Shown piece after piece: positions 7,679 through 18,294 of a DNA stretch of 64,000 nt. The stretch is from Candidatus Krumholzibacteriota bacterium (GTDB lineage: Bacteria; Krumholzibacteriota; Krumholzibacteriia; JAJRXK01), in assembly GCA_963806035.1 (NCBI GenBank), contig CAWDWO010000035.1, positions 32,001 to 96,000 on the forward strand, given 5' to 3'. The first letter of the stretch is position 1. The number at the start of each line of letters is the position of its first letter. The notes below the pieces were generated by a model. That model searched no databases, was not told the origin of the DNA, and was given only the letters and a program-made list of their open reading frames with translations. The translations under genes and the position numbers were made by a program.

Positions 7679-10600
7679 CTAGAAGGACCCCAGCTGCCGA
7701 CCGAAATATCCCCCGAGACTCTGGTTGCCGCGCTGGATCTTCAAGTCGGGAATACTCCTGAGGTAGATCCGGAAGGAGAAGTCGGAGGAGTTGGTGAGCG
7801 AGCGGCGAAACTCGATGCGCCACATGTGGATGTCGCGGCTGAGGCTGTAGCTCTGGTTCGTGAAATTTCCCGTCTCGACGTCGAAATTGGCCGAGTAGTC
7901 CAGGTTCCAGGAGATGGGAAGAATGGCGCTCATCCGGGTGGAAATCGTGGCGCGCGTGGGACTGTCCTTGCCGTTGGTGATGCTGGCGCGCGCGTTGAAG
8001 TTCCACGGCATCGTGTTGTCGTTGCTGCTTCTCTCGAGCTGAGTCCCTCCGTTTTGCCCGTACCAGCTCTGCTCCTCCTCGCGCGCGGTGGACAGGGTGT
8101 CCGCCGGTTCTCCGATGCGTTCCACCACGGCGTTCTTGGGTTCCTTTCGCTCGAGGAACAGTCCGCCGAAATCCATCTTGCCGTCCAGGCGCAGGTTCGT
8201 GCTGACGGTGGTGGACAGCACCTGGAAGCGGTAGGGATCGAGAGACTGGTTCATGGTGAAGTCGACGGCGCGGGTGAAGCCCGGACTGATGCGCACCGTG
8301 GACCCGATGTTGTCCCAGTTCTTCCCCGCGGGATCGTCGGGCCGGTAATTGGTCGCGAGATCCCAAGTGAGCAGACGCTCGAGCTTGCGGATCTCCTCCT
8401 GATCCGCGCTCTTTTCGCCCGTGCTGCTCTTCGCATCGAGCGTGTCCGCGCTGGCCCTGCTCGTACCCGCACTCGCGGAAGCAGAACTCGAACCCGCCGC
8501 ATACTTGAAACTGAACTCGTTCCCCACGCGAATCCCGATGCTCTGACTCGCGCTCTGCTGGTCGCCGAGTTGAGGGCGCCAGGAGTGACTGAACGAGAGC
8601 GAGAACTTGTGTTTGATTCCGCGCAGCGCGCCGATGTGGGTATCGAAAATCCCGTAGAGATTCGTGCTCAAGGAATTGCGCCAGGACAAGCTCGGCGTGG
8701 TGCCCTCGTCGACCGTGTCCGATTCGGAAACGAGATCGTACAGATCTTGGGTCTGGACGTTGCCATCGCCGTCCAGAATGGGATTGCCGTTGTTGTCTTT
8801 GAGAGTGTCCGTCCGCGCCACGTAACTCTGTGAAAAGCTGGACCTGCGTTGGTAGGACTCCGCGAAGCTCCCCGAGGAGGTGAAGTTGAAGGGCCCCAGG
8901 CGGTATTGCGGGTTGTAGCTCAAGCCCCAATTCCCCGAGGCATTCAACTCGTCCACGCGTCCGATCTCGCGCCGCTCGCGCTGGAAGTCGCCCCGATAAC
9001 TCTGGCTGAAGGTCATGTCTCTGAGAAGCTGCGCGGGGGCGCTTCCCTCACCGCGCCGCTTCGCCGGTGCCAGAAGAGGCCGGCTCTTGAAACTGAGACT
9101 GACGCTGGGGAGGGTTTGGCGATAGATGAGATGATCGGTGGTGAGATCGTCGTCCTCGGCGTTCACGTATTGGGTGCGCGTACCGGAGAGATTCAAGCGC
9201 GCGCCCGACTCGAAGCCGCGGCTCATGCTCAGATTGCTGCGCAGTTCCGTGGGCAAGAGATCGGCGGAATTTCCCGTGATGGGATCGATGTTCGTGATGG
9301 TGTTGGAGGTGAGATTTACGTTGGTCGTGAGACTCCAGGCGTCGAAGAGCTCGGGTTGACGATGGTTGGCGAGGAATTTCCACTCCTTGCCCTTCTGGTT
9401 CTCTTTCAGCGTCGTGGTCCAGGTGAATTCCGCGTCCCCGCTGAACTTGTAGCGCACGTTGTAACGGTTTCGAATCTGCAGCGAGAGATCCCGGCGTTCG
9501 TTGAAAGCCCCTTTGAAGGTAAAGTCGGTGTAATCGTTGGTCGCCCAGTAGTAGCCGAGGTCGCGGATGTACCGGCCTTCACGGCCGCTCACTCCCAGGT
9601 TCACGTTGGGGAACATGATTCCGGAGTGGCGGCCGTTGTCGATCTTCTTGAAGAAGAAGGGGAAGGCGAAAACGGGCAGGTCGCTGAGATAGAAAGTGAC
9701 CTGCCGCGCCACCACGCTCTTGCCGATCTTCACTTTCATCTTCTTGGCCGCGAAGTGGTAATGGGGGTGTTCGAGATCGCAGGAGGTGAACATCCCTCCG
9801 CGCACCAGCAGAGTCTCGTCGTTCACCCGCCGCACGTGGCGGCCGTAGTAGAACCCATCGTCGTAGCGCGTGATCCCGTTCTTCACCGCGCCCGTCTTGT
9901 AATCGAAGAGGTAGCCCATCTCGTCGCCCACGAGCTTGCTGCTCGTATCGATGATCATGGGCTCTCCTTCGGCGATCAGCTCCCTCTCGTTGGTGTCGAA
10001 GTCGATGTTCTTGGCGGTCAGGGTGAGATCCTGATGGCTGACGAGAGCGGTACCCTGGATGTTGATGCGCCCCTTGGGCACTCTGAAGGTGGTCGTATCC
10101 CCCGAGTAGCCGACGGTGTCCGCCAGCTTGGAGAAATCCACCAGGCCCGCCTCGGACTCCTCGCCCGGCGCCTCCGCCTGCAGCTTCAGGCTGTCCAGCG
10201 ACACCCCCTCCACCCGGGCCAGGCTGTCCAGGCGCGTCTGGCGCATCCGGGAGAGGGAGTCCCGCTCGGCTCGAATCCGCAACACGCGGCTGCGGTCGAG
10301 AAAATGGTATTTACCCTCACTCTCGCCGGTGATGGAGACACGGTCCACTCGTCCCTGCGCAAACGCGATCTGGATGGAGTCTCCTTGAGCTTCGTTGACC
10401 GAGATCACGTCGCTCTGATCCTCGGGCAGATAGACGCTCTGCGCGTGCCCGCTCACGCTGGTCCGCAGAACTTCCCCGTCGACGAGTTCGATCTTGAGGC
10501 TGTCGCCGTGAAGCTCGTTGGTCAGAGGAATGTTGGTGAACTGCGACTTCAGGGTGTCGGGACTGGAGTCGATCAGACTGGCATTGCCGATGATGGCGAT

Positions 10601-11566
10601 GTGCCGCAACTCGCCGTCGACGTAACCGAAGCGAATGGTCGAACCGTTCATCACCTGATCTTCCTGTTTCACCTCGGGTGATCCGCGCAGAATCAGCAGA
10701 TCTTCGCCGTAGAAATCGGCCGTGTCCGCGTCGGCGACGGTCTGGCCCTGCTGAAAATGGACGCTTCCGATGGCCTTGCTGTGCTCCTTCTGCGTGTCGA
10801 AGCTCATCCACTTGCTCTTCACCGCCGCGGTCTCTCCTTTCTGATGGCGGCTGCGCAAGGTCGGCAGCGAATCGACGTAGGCGTAGCTCTTCCCGCGGTC
10901 GAACACCCCGTGCTCACCGGTGACCACGGTGTGGGCTTCCTCGTCGACCAGTTTCACCGAACCGAAGGCCTCGAGCCGTTCCGCTGAGCGATCGTAGAAG
11001 AGGCTGTCGCCGTCGATGGTGGTGGTCGAATCGACGAGCCGGGCCGAGCCCATCAGCGCCATGGCGTTGCGATAACGCCAGTAGATGCCGCGCTCGCCTG
11101 AGCCCATCGATCCGTCCTCACCCAGCAGACGAACGTGGCCGTAGGCCCATCCCACGCCCTGGGCCTCCTCCACGCGCAGCGAATCGGCCCAAAGCTGCAA
11201 CGAGTCGGTGACGGCGTGAACATTTCCCAGCACCCAGATGTAGCGCTGGCGTTCGTAGTAGCGGGCCCGATCGGCCGTCACGTGGAGCTTGCCCTGCGTG
11301 AAGTAGGCGTTCCCTTCCCCGAAGAAAACAGGGCCCTGAGGGGTGAGCGTACGCCGCCCGGAGTCGGCTCCGTAGTACATGCGCTCGCTGGGGGCGGGAG
11401 TGGCGGCGGAGCGGCTCGAGGGCGCGTTGGCGGCCAGCATGGCCGCCACGGCGAAGATGCCAAAGAGCGCAAAGGAGCGTTGCCCGAGCCGCTTGAAGGG
11501 GAAGGCGGGGCGTCGCGCGCGAAGAAAAGCCGGAACACGGCTCAAGTCAGGACTCCATCTCCCCAT
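7679..11566 (-). CDS. lptD: LPS assembly protein LptD-like with a long N-terminal OstA/LptA beta-jellyroll region (start uncertain)
   Basis: Repeated ADSL/GDSL/GNVH jellyroll units, FTSCDLEHPHYHF, GYYWATNDYTD, C-terminal beta-barrel segments ending SRDIHMW...FSFRIYLRSIPDLK. Confidence 0.8.
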   Translation of the reverse strand: MGRWSPDLSRVPAFLRARRPAFPFKRLGQRSFALFGIFAVAAMLAANAPSSRSAATPAPSERMYYGADSGRRTLTPQGPVFFGEGNAYFTQGKLHVTADRARYYERQRYIWVLGNVHAVTDSLQLWADSLRVEEAQGVGWAYGHVRLLGEDGSMGSGERGIYWRYRNAMALMGSARLVDSTTTIDGDSLFYDRSAERLEAFGSVKLVDEEAHTVVTGEHGVFDRGKSYAYVDSLPTLRSRHQKGETAAVKSKWMSFDTQKEHSKAIGSVHFQQGQTVADADTADFYGEDLLILRGSPEVKQEDQVMNGSTIRFGYVDGELRHIAIIGNASLIDSSPDTLKSQFTNIPLTNELHGDSLKIELVDGEVLRTSVSGHAQSVYLPEDQSDVISVNEAQGDSIQIAFAQGRVDRVSITGESEGKYHFLDRSRVLRIRAERDSLSRMRQTRLDSLARVEGVSLDSLKLQAEAPGEESEAGLVDFSKLADTVGYSGDTTTFRVPKGRINIQGTALVSHQDLTLTAKNIDFDTNERELIAEGEPMIIDTSSKLVGDEMGYLFDYKTGAVKNGITRYDDGFYYGRHVRRVNDETLLVRGGMFTSCDLEHPHYHFAAKKMKVKIGKSVVARQVTFYLSDLPVFAFPFFFKKIDNGRHSGIMFPNVNLGVSGREGRYIRDLGYYWATNDYTDFTFKGAFNERRDLSLQIRNRYNVRYKFSGDAEFTWTTTLKENQKGKEWKFLANHRQPELFDAWSLTTNVNLTSNTITNIDPITGNSADLLPTELRSNLSMSRGFESGARLNLSGTRTQYVNAEDDDLTTDHLIYRQTLPSVSLSFKSRPLLAPAKRRGEGSAPAQLLRDMTFSQSYRGDFQRERREIGRVDELNASGNWGLSYNPQYRLGPFNFTSSGSFAESYQRRSSFSQSYVARTDTLKDNNGNPILDGDGNVQTQDLYDLVSESDTVDEGTTPSLSWRNSLSTNLYGIFDTHIGALRGIKHKFSLSFSHSWRPQLGDQQSASQSIGIRVGNEFSFKYAAGSSSASASAGTSRASADTLDAKSSTGEKSADQEEIRKLERLLTWDLATNYRPDDPAGKNWDNIGSTVRISPGFTRAVDFTMNQSLDPYRFQVLSTTVSTNLRLDGKMDFGGLFLERKEPKNAVVERIGEPADTLSTAREEEQSWYGQNGGTQLERSSNDNTMPWNFNARASITNGKDSPTRATISTRMSAILPISWNLDYSANFDVETGNFTNQSYSLSRDIHMWRIEFRRSLTNSSDFSFRIYLRSIPDLKIQRGNQSLGGYFGRQLGSF

Positions 11567-12524
11567 TCGCCGAGAGCGCGTGGCGTGAAAGTAGGGCGGC
11601 TCCGATGGCCGCTGCGGGGAGCCCGAGTTCGGCGGCCACCATGCGCACCCCCTTCCGGGCGGCGGGCATGGACCGCTCTTTCATGCTCTTGCGTGCCGGC
11701 CCCAACAACGCGTCTCCGCTCAGGGCCGCTCCCCCTCCGATCACGATGAGGTCGGGGTTGAAGATGTTCACGTAGCTCGCGCAGACCAAACCCAACAGAC
11801 GCCCCACGTCCGCCAAGATGGCTGCGCTGAGGGGATCCCCCTTCTCGGCCGCGGCGGCGATGGCGCGGGTCGAAAGCTCACCCTCGGCGCGACAGGCCGT
11901 CAGCAGCGCTTCCTTCTGTTCGTCATCCGCCGCGTCCAGGCGGCTCCCCGCCAGCACCGCGATTCCCTTGCTCCCCAGATAGGCCTCCACGTGGCCGGGC
12001 TCTCCACAGCTGCAATCCGGCCCGTCGACTTGGATGGTCATATGTCCCAACTCCCCAGCCACCCCGCGAGTTCCCCGGTAGAGCTTGCCATCGACGAGAA
12101 TGGCTCCACCCACTCCGGTTCCCAGGGCGAGGAGGATCATGTGCCGCGCTTTTTTCCCCGCGCCCAGCTCGAATTCGCCGTAGGCCATCGCGTTCACGTC
12201 GTTCTCCGCCACCACGGGCAACCCCATGAGGCTCTCGGAGACTTCGTCCGCCACACGCCAAGAGCGGAGCTTTCGCAGATTGGGCGCATCTTCCAAGATC
12301 CCCTCGTTGGTCAGGAGTCCCGCCACCGCCACCCCGGCCGCGACCGGCGCTTCCTTCGCGCGCAACCAGGGCATCACCGCCTCTTGCAGTCGATTCAGAA
12401 AGTCCGATGGACCTGAGAGATCCTGGGTGGAGAAGTTCTTCTCCTGCCTCAGCTTGTCGTCATCCCCCAAGAGAACCAGCTTGCAGCTGCTCCCGCCGAT
12501 ATCGATGCCGAGAACTGCGCTCAC
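11547..12524 (-). CDS. ROK family sugar kinase (glucokinase-like)
   Basis: GIDIGGS, ENDVNAMAYGE, LGTGVGG, AGELGHMTI, CSCGEPGHVEAY. Confidence 0.92.
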   Translation of the reverse strand: MSAVLGIDIGGSSCKLVLLGDDDKLRQEKNFSTQDLSGPSDFLNRLQEAVMPWLRAKEAPVAAGVAVAGLLTNEGILEDAPNLRKLRSWRVADEVSESLMGLPVVAENDVNAMAYGEFELGAGKKARHMILLALGTGVGGAILVDGKLYRGTRGVAGELGHMTIQVDGPDCSCGEPGHVEAYLGSKGIAVLAGSRLDAADDEQKEALLTACRAEGELSTRAIAAAAEKGDPLSAAILADVGRLLGLVCASYVNIFNPDLIVIGGGAALSGDALLGPARKSMKERSMPAARKGVRMVAAELGLPAAAIGAALLSRHALSANGEMES

Positions 12525-13904
12525 CGCGATGCCTCCTGCTTCTGCGTACGGGGACGTGAGCGTAAGGGCTCACCTTCGTCCCAGAGTGTCGGCCAGTTGG
12601 GCGCGTGGATGTCATCGAAGCCGAGGCGATCCAGGGCTTCGGCGACCGTGAAGTTCGAGCCGGTGAGCAAAACGGAGGGGCGGCCGCCCGCTTCGCGCCG
12701 GCGCTGGGCCCAGCTGCGCGCGAAGAGCGAGGCTCTCGCGAACTCCGCCCAACTCCAATACCGGCGAGTCCCCGCCTTTGGGCGCCTCCAGCAGCAATCT
12801 CCGCAACTTCGCCGCGGGCAGCGAGCGATACCAGGTGGGCTCGGTGCAGAGAACCAGCGCGGCGCTTCGGCGCGCCGCGGCCATGGCACTGCGCAGCCTC
12901 TTGTCGCGCATCACCCCCAACACCAAGATGCGGTCCTCCTTCTTCCCTTCGCGGCTCCACTGGTCCAAGAGACTCTTGAGGGCCGGGGCGTTGTGCGCGG
13001 TATCCAGGATCAGCTCGGGATCCTTGCCCACGAGCTCGTAGCGGTAGGGAAACCGCAGCTCGGCCAGCGCGGCCCGGGCATCGCCCCGTGGCCAAGAATA
13101 ACGCGCGCTCAGATCCTCATAGCACGCTCTCACCACCGAAGCCAGAACCGCCTGGTGCCGGCCGCGTTGCGCCATCTCTCCCCGGTAGGGCGGACAGCCG
13201 CTCAGGTCGATGGCTTCCGCGCCGCGAGTGGCCAGGAACTCCAGCGCGTACTCACGCAGATCAGAAGAAAGCGGTCCCAGATAGAAGGGGCGCCCGCGCC
13301 TGGCCAGACCGAGCTTTTCCGTCGCGATCTCGCGCAGACTGTTCCCCAGAATGTGCTGATGATCCGCCCCCACCGAACACAGAAGCACCCCGCAGGCCTC
13401 GACCGCGTTCGTCGCGTCGAGGCGACCTCCCAGGCCCGTTTCGAGCACGGCCAGCTCGACACCCTTGCGCGCGAAGTGGCAGAGGGTGAGAGCGGTCATC
13501 GCCTCGAAGAAGGTCGCGCCGCGCTCGACGATCGCCTCGCGGTATTCGCTCAAAAGCGCGGAGAGTTCCGCGCTCGAGATCGGCACTCCATCCACCAGGG
13601 CCCGTTCGTGGATTTTCAGGATGTGGGGACTGGTATACAGGCCGGTTCTTCTCCCCGCCGCCCGGCTCAGTGCGTCGAAGAGGATGGCCGCGCTACCCTT
13701 GCCGTTGGTGCCCGCCACCACCACGCTCTCGAAGTGGCGCTCTGGATGATCCATGTCGCCAAGGAGCGCCTTGATCGAGGACAGACCGAGGCGCATCCCC
13801 AGGCGCTGCAAACCAAAGAGCCAGCGGGCGGCTTCATCGGTGGCGCGGAATGGCGGGAGAAGTGCGTCGAGATCGAGTTGCTCAGGAATGGGCTCCGGCC
13901 CCAT
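12521..13904 (-). CDS. folC: Folylpolyglutamate synthase/dihydrofolate synthase, frameshifted near 12725-12733
   Basis: AGTNGKGS, YTSPH, TFFEAMT, ETGLGGRLDATN, LDTAHN; C-terminal VLLTGSNFTVAEAL lies in the other frame (12521..12889). Confidence 0.88.
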
Positions 13905-14796
13905 TGGACTCCTCCCGCCAGGGCTTCACACCATCGCAAAAGAAACGAAGAGCCTCATGCACCTCGTGCTTGAGATTCTTGCGCTCCACGATGCGATCCA
14001 CCATCCCGTGCTCGAGGAGGAATTCGCTTCGCTGGAAGCCTTCTGGGAGCTCGGCATTGATCGTCTGTTGGATGACCCTTGGTCCCGCGAAACCGATGAG
14101 CGCCCCGGGCTCGGCGAAGATGACGTCGCCGAGCATGGCGAAGCTGGCCGTGACGCCCCCGGTGGTGGGATTGGTCAAAATGGAAATGAAAGGCAATCCC
14201 TCCTCCGCGAGCCGCGCGAGCATCGCGCTCGTCTTCGCCATCTGCATCAGAGACAGGATCGACTCCTGCATGCGTGCGCCGCCACTGCGACTGAGAATGA
14301 TGACGGGGAGCTCGTTCGTGATCCCGTCCTTCACACAGCGTGCGATTTTCTCCCCCACCACCGAACCCATGCTGCCCCCGAGAAAGGAGAAGTCCATGAC
14401 GCTCAGGGCGGTCTTCACTCCGTAGATTTCGGCGAAGCCGGTGAGGACCGCGTCTTCCTTGCCCGTCTTGTTGCGATTGTCCTTGATCCGGTCGCGGTAA
14501 CGTTTGGAGTCCTTGAAGTTCAAGGGGTCGCCGCTCACCAGCCCGCGGTGCGTCTCCTCGAAGGAGTCCTCGTCCACCAGCAAGTGAAGATACTGTTCGG
14601 TGGTGATGGCCATGTGGTGGCCGCACTGGTAGCAGACCCAGAGATTCGCCGCGAGTTCCTTGTGGTAGATGAGGTCGCCGCAGGACGAGCACTTGGTCCA
14701 GAGATTCTCCGGAACCTCCAGATGCGGACGCACCTTGGTGCCGTCCTTTCGCAGTTGCTCGATTCCCTTGCGCGCGCGCTTGAGCCAGGATGGCAT
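13882..14796 (-). CDS. accD: Acetyl-CoA carboxylase carboxyltransferase beta subunit
   Basis: LWTKCSSC...CYQCGHH zinc finger, FLGGSMGSVVGEK, SGGARMQE, PTTGGVTASFA. Confidence 0.97.
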   Translation of the reverse strand: MPSWLKRARKGIEQLRKDGTKVRPHLEVPENLWTKCSSCGDLIYHKELAANLWVCYQCGHHMAITTEQYLHLLVDEDSFEETHRGLVSGDPLNFKDSKRYRDRIKDNRNKTGKEDAVLTGFAEIYGVKTALSVMDFSFLGGSMGSVVGEKIARCVKDGITNELPVIILSRSGGARMQESILSLMQMAKTSAMLARLAEEGLPFISILTNPTTGGVTASFAMLGDVIFAEPGALIGFAGPRVIQQTINAELPEGFQRSEFLLEHGMVDRIVERKNLKHEVHEALRFFCDGVKPWREESNGAGAHS

Positions 14797-14896
14797 GGGG
14801 CTACTCTCTCCCTACGGTGTCTTGATGGGCTGAACTCGTCCTCAATCTAGGCCCCTTTTGCACCTTTCGACAATCGCTTTTAGAACCGGCGCCGCT

Positions 14897-15382
14897 CTAG
14901 CGCGGAGCGGGATCGGGGGTGAATCCGCCCTCAGGGCCCAGATTCTTGAGCATCACCAGCGCATCTTCGCCCGTATCCGGGTAATAGCCTTTCCGCAGCG
15001 CGATCTCCTTGAAGCCGTTTCGCCGGTAGAAAGCGCGCGCGGATTCGTTGTCCACTCTCACCTCCAGGGTGACGAGGGAAGCCTCCCTGGCGCGCGGATG
15101 CTTCAATACCGCCTGAAGGAGCGCCTGACCATGACCCTTGCGCCGCTGTGTTTCGATGACTCCCAAATTGACCACGTGCAACTCGTCGGCCACGGCCCAG
15201 CAGAAGATGTAGCCGACGGGGATCTCCTCTTGCAGGGCCAGCAGCGCGATGCGGAGGGGATCGCCGCTGAGCTCGGCCGCGATCATCTCCTCGCTCCAGG
15301 GAGTGGGGAAGATGCTCGCCTCCATGGCGCGGATGGTGCTCAAGTCGTTGAGAGTGGCGGGACGAATTTTCAGCTCGCTCAT
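14897..15382 (-). CDS. rimI: Ribosomal protein S18 alanine N-acetyltransferase
   Basis: FPTPWS, LEVRVDNESARAFY, RKGYYPDTGEDALVM; follows tsaB. Confidence 0.92.
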   Translation of the reverse strand: MSELKIRPATLNDLSTIRAMEASIFPTPWSEEMIAAELSGDPLRIALLALQEEIPVGYIFCWAVADELHVVNLGVIETQRRKGHGQALLQAVLKHPRAREASLVTLEVRVDNESARAFYRRNGFKEIALRKGYYPDTGEDALVMLKNLGPEGGFTPDPAPR

Positions 15383-16164
15383 CGCGAGCGCCTCTTGTCG
15401 AAGGATCGCAGCTGCTCATCCTTGACCCTGATCCCCGCGGCGCGTTCGGCCTGACTGGGCCCGAGGTAGACGGGAAGCAAAGCAGCGGGATCCACGCGTT
15501 CACACCAATGACATTGCGCGCCGACCGCCAAGGCCAGAGTGCTCGCCAAGGGAGTCGGCTTCAGGAATTTCCTGCCTTCCAGGAGCTCAGAGGCCGCATC
15601 GCGCGCGAGCCCGAGGGTCTCTTCGCCGTCGGCGGAAACGAGATCGAGCGCTGACTCGTTCCGCAATTCGTCCTGCAAACTCGAAAAGAGCGCGCGCCAG
15701 GGCGAGCGCACACATTGCAGCGTGTTGTCGCGCAGTTCGTACACGGCGGCGTATACCGCCTCCCGGCCCGCCTCCATCAGCGCCAATACGCGCGCCGGCT
15801 TCGCGGTCTTGGGCGAGGGAGTCTCCCCCGCGCCCTCCGGCCCGAGGAGCGCCTGGCCGGCGAGCAATTCCAGGCTGGTGCAGCCGAAAAGCGCCAGCCC
15901 GCCGGCGTGCGCGAGACTCTTGGCGGTCATCACCCCGATGCGCAGCCCGGTATAGGAACCGGGCCCGGTGACCACCGCCAGCTGGGCGATCTCTCCACGG
16001 GTGCGGCCGGCAGTTTCGAGCGCGCGGTCGGCGAGACCGAAAAAGGCTTCCGCGTAGCCCAGGGCCGGATCGTGCTCGACGAGGGCCAACAGCTTCCGGC
16101 CCTCGGCGAGAGCGACGGACCCTCCGCGGCGGCGCGAGGAATCGAGGGCCAGGATCAGGCTCAT
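15379..16164 (-). CDS. tsaB: t6A biosynthesis protein TsaB
   Basis: MSLILALDSS, GPGSYTGLRIG, LLPVYL; ATG overlaps the tsaE stop. Confidence 0.92.
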   Translation of the reverse strand: MSLILALDSSRRRGGSVALAEGRKLLALVEHDPALGYAEAFFGLADRALETAGRTRGEIAQLAVVTGPGSYTGLRIGVMTAKSLAHAGGLALFGCTSLELLAGQALLGPEGAGETPSPKTAKPARVLALMEAGREAVYAAVYELRDNTLQCVRSPWRALFSSLQDELRNESALDLVSADGEETLGLARDAASELLEGRKFLKPTPLASTLALAVGAQCHWCERVDPAALLPVYLGPSQAERAAGIRVKDEQLRSFDKRRSR

Positions 16165-16676
16165 GCGCTCCTCTCCTTCGTCCACGCCGACGCCAGGCTG
16201 GGGGCGAGCTTGTCTCGCGTATGCGAGAGTTCCAGAATGCGGGTCGTGCTCTTTGCCGCCGTTTGGTGCGCCAAGCTGAGCCGTAAATTGTAACAGGGCG
16301 CGAGGTATTCGCTGAGCGCTTCCGCCCACTCGACCAGGACCAGGGCCCCCTCCTCCCGCGCCTCCAAAAGAGACGCACAGAGGTCCTCCTCGACCCTGCC
16401 CTCCATCCGGTAGAGATCGGCGTGAACCGCGGTGGCAATCCCGTGCGTGCCGTGCAGAGGATAACGATTTTCCAGAGTGAAGGTGGGCGAAGTCACGATG
16501 CGTTCGTCGGCGCCCAGCGCGGACAGAACGCCCTTCACGAAAGTCGTCTTGCCCGCGCCGAGATCTCCGAAGAGACAGATCGCATCTCGAGCGCGGAGCT
16601 CTGCCGCGAGGGCGGCGGCCAACTGCGTCGTTTCCGCGACGCTGTGAGTCTCGGCAACCAGTCGTCCGCGGAACAC
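16161..16676 (-). CDS. tsaE: t6A biosynthesis ATPase TsaE
   Basis: GDLGAGKTTFVKG, VTSPTFTL, HADLYR, LVEW. Confidence 0.95.
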   Translation of the reverse strand: MFRGRLVAETHSVAETTQLAAALAAELRARDAICLFGDLGAGKTTFVKGVLSALGADERIVTSPTFTLENRYPLHGTHGIATAVHADLYRMEGRVEEDLCASLLEAREEGALVLVEWAEALSEYLAPCYNLRLSLAHQTAAKSTTRILELSHTRDKLAPSLASAWTKERSA

Positions 16677-16677
16677 G

Positions 16678-18232
16678 TCAGTCCACCGTGAGAGTGCAAC
16701 AGGGCACGATCATCTCTTCCAAAGAAATGCCCCCGTGCTGAAACGAACCACGGTACTGCCGTTCGTACTCGTGATAATTCGTGGGATAGACGAAGTAGTT
16801 GTAATCCTTGGCGCAGATGTAGTTCTGGATGGGTGAGTCCTGCGGCAAACCGTATTCGAGCGGGTTCTTCATGATGAACGCGGTGCGGGCGTCGACGTTC
16901 AGATTGTCCCCGTACTTGTAGCGCACGTTGTTGGAGGCCTCCTTCTTGGCCTTCACCTTCGCCGCCTTGCGAACTTGCACCGAACCATGGTCGGTGGTGA
17001 TGACGACCACGTTGCCGCTGTTCTGTGCCAAGGATCGCAAAAGGTCGAAGATCGCCGAGTGCTGGAACCACGAGCGCATCACGCTGCGGAAGGCGACCTC
17101 ATCGGGCGCGAGCTCCATGAGCAGATCGTTGGTGGAGCGTCCATGGGCCAGGATGTCCAGGAAGTTGATCACCCCCACGACCAGAGGGACGTCTCCCAGG
17201 CTGGGGATCTGCTTCGCCATCGCCTCGGTCTCGTCGATGTTGAAGGTCTTGAAGTACTTGAAGCCCATCTCGCCGAGTCCAATTCGCTTGAGCTGCGCCT
17301 GAAGCAGCTGCGGCTCGAATGCGTTCTTGCTGCGCTCCTCGCGCGCCGATCCGCGCCACCACTTGGGATAGCGCTTGGAGATTTCCAGAGGACTCAAGCC
17401 GGCGAAGATGGCGTTGCGCGCGAAGGGAGTAGCCGAGGGTAGCATGCTGTAATAGAGACTCTCCTGCAGTTGATACATGGGAGTGAGGAAGCTCGCGAGC
17501 TGACGCCACTGGTCCAGGCGCATGCAGTCGATCACGAAGAAGAAGACCTTCTTGCCCGCCTTGAGGTGGGGAGCGACCCACTTCTGGACCACGTCGGTGC
17601 TCATGACCGGGCGCTCACTGGAACTCATCCAGGACTTGTAATGGTCCTCCACGAAACGCCCGAAGTTGCTGTTGGCGTCGCGCAGCTGCTCGCGATGGGT
17701 CTGCACCAGCGAAGTATCGGAGAGATCTCCCAGTCTGAGTTCCCAGGTCGACGAGTTCCTCGAAGATCCTCGACCAGTCCTCGTGGCTGCGTGCCTCCAG
17801 GCGGTCGCGGGTCAGCTGGTTGAAGCCCCGCAGATAGTCCTGCGCCACCTGGCGTTCCTGGATGGCTCCCTCGTCGAGCGTCTTTTTTAGCGAAAGAAGG
17901 ATTTGGTTGGGATTGACCGGCTTCACCAGGAAGTCGTTGATGCGGCGGCCCAGGGCGCGGTCCATGAGCTCTTCTTCGTCGCTCTTGGTGATCATGATCA
18001 CCGGAATGCTGTCGTTGAGCTGGCGGATTCCTTGCAGGGTCTCGATGCCGTTGCGCCCGGGCATCATTTCGTCGAGCAAGATCACGTCGAAGCGGCGCTC
18101 TTTGAGCAGCGCGAGGGCGTCATCTCCGTTGCTCACTCCCTCGACCTCGAAACCCCTGGCCTGAAGGAAGAGAATCTGACTGCGCAGCTCCTCGATTTGA
18201 TCGTCGACCCACAAGACGCTTCGTGTCGGCAT
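16678..18232 (-). CDS. porX: PorX-type response regulator (receiver + PglZ domain), frameshifted near 17746
   Basis: VLWVDD...LLDEMMPG...MITKSDEE...KPVNPNQILL; then VIDCMRLDQW, LPSATPFARNAIFAG, TTDHG, FQHGGISLEEM in the adjacent frame; upstream of tsaE. Confidence 0.88.
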
Positions 18233-18294
18233 GGCTTCTCCCGGCTGAATCCCTGGAAAAGAAGCTAAGTCAATTCGGCGCAATCCACGAGCTC

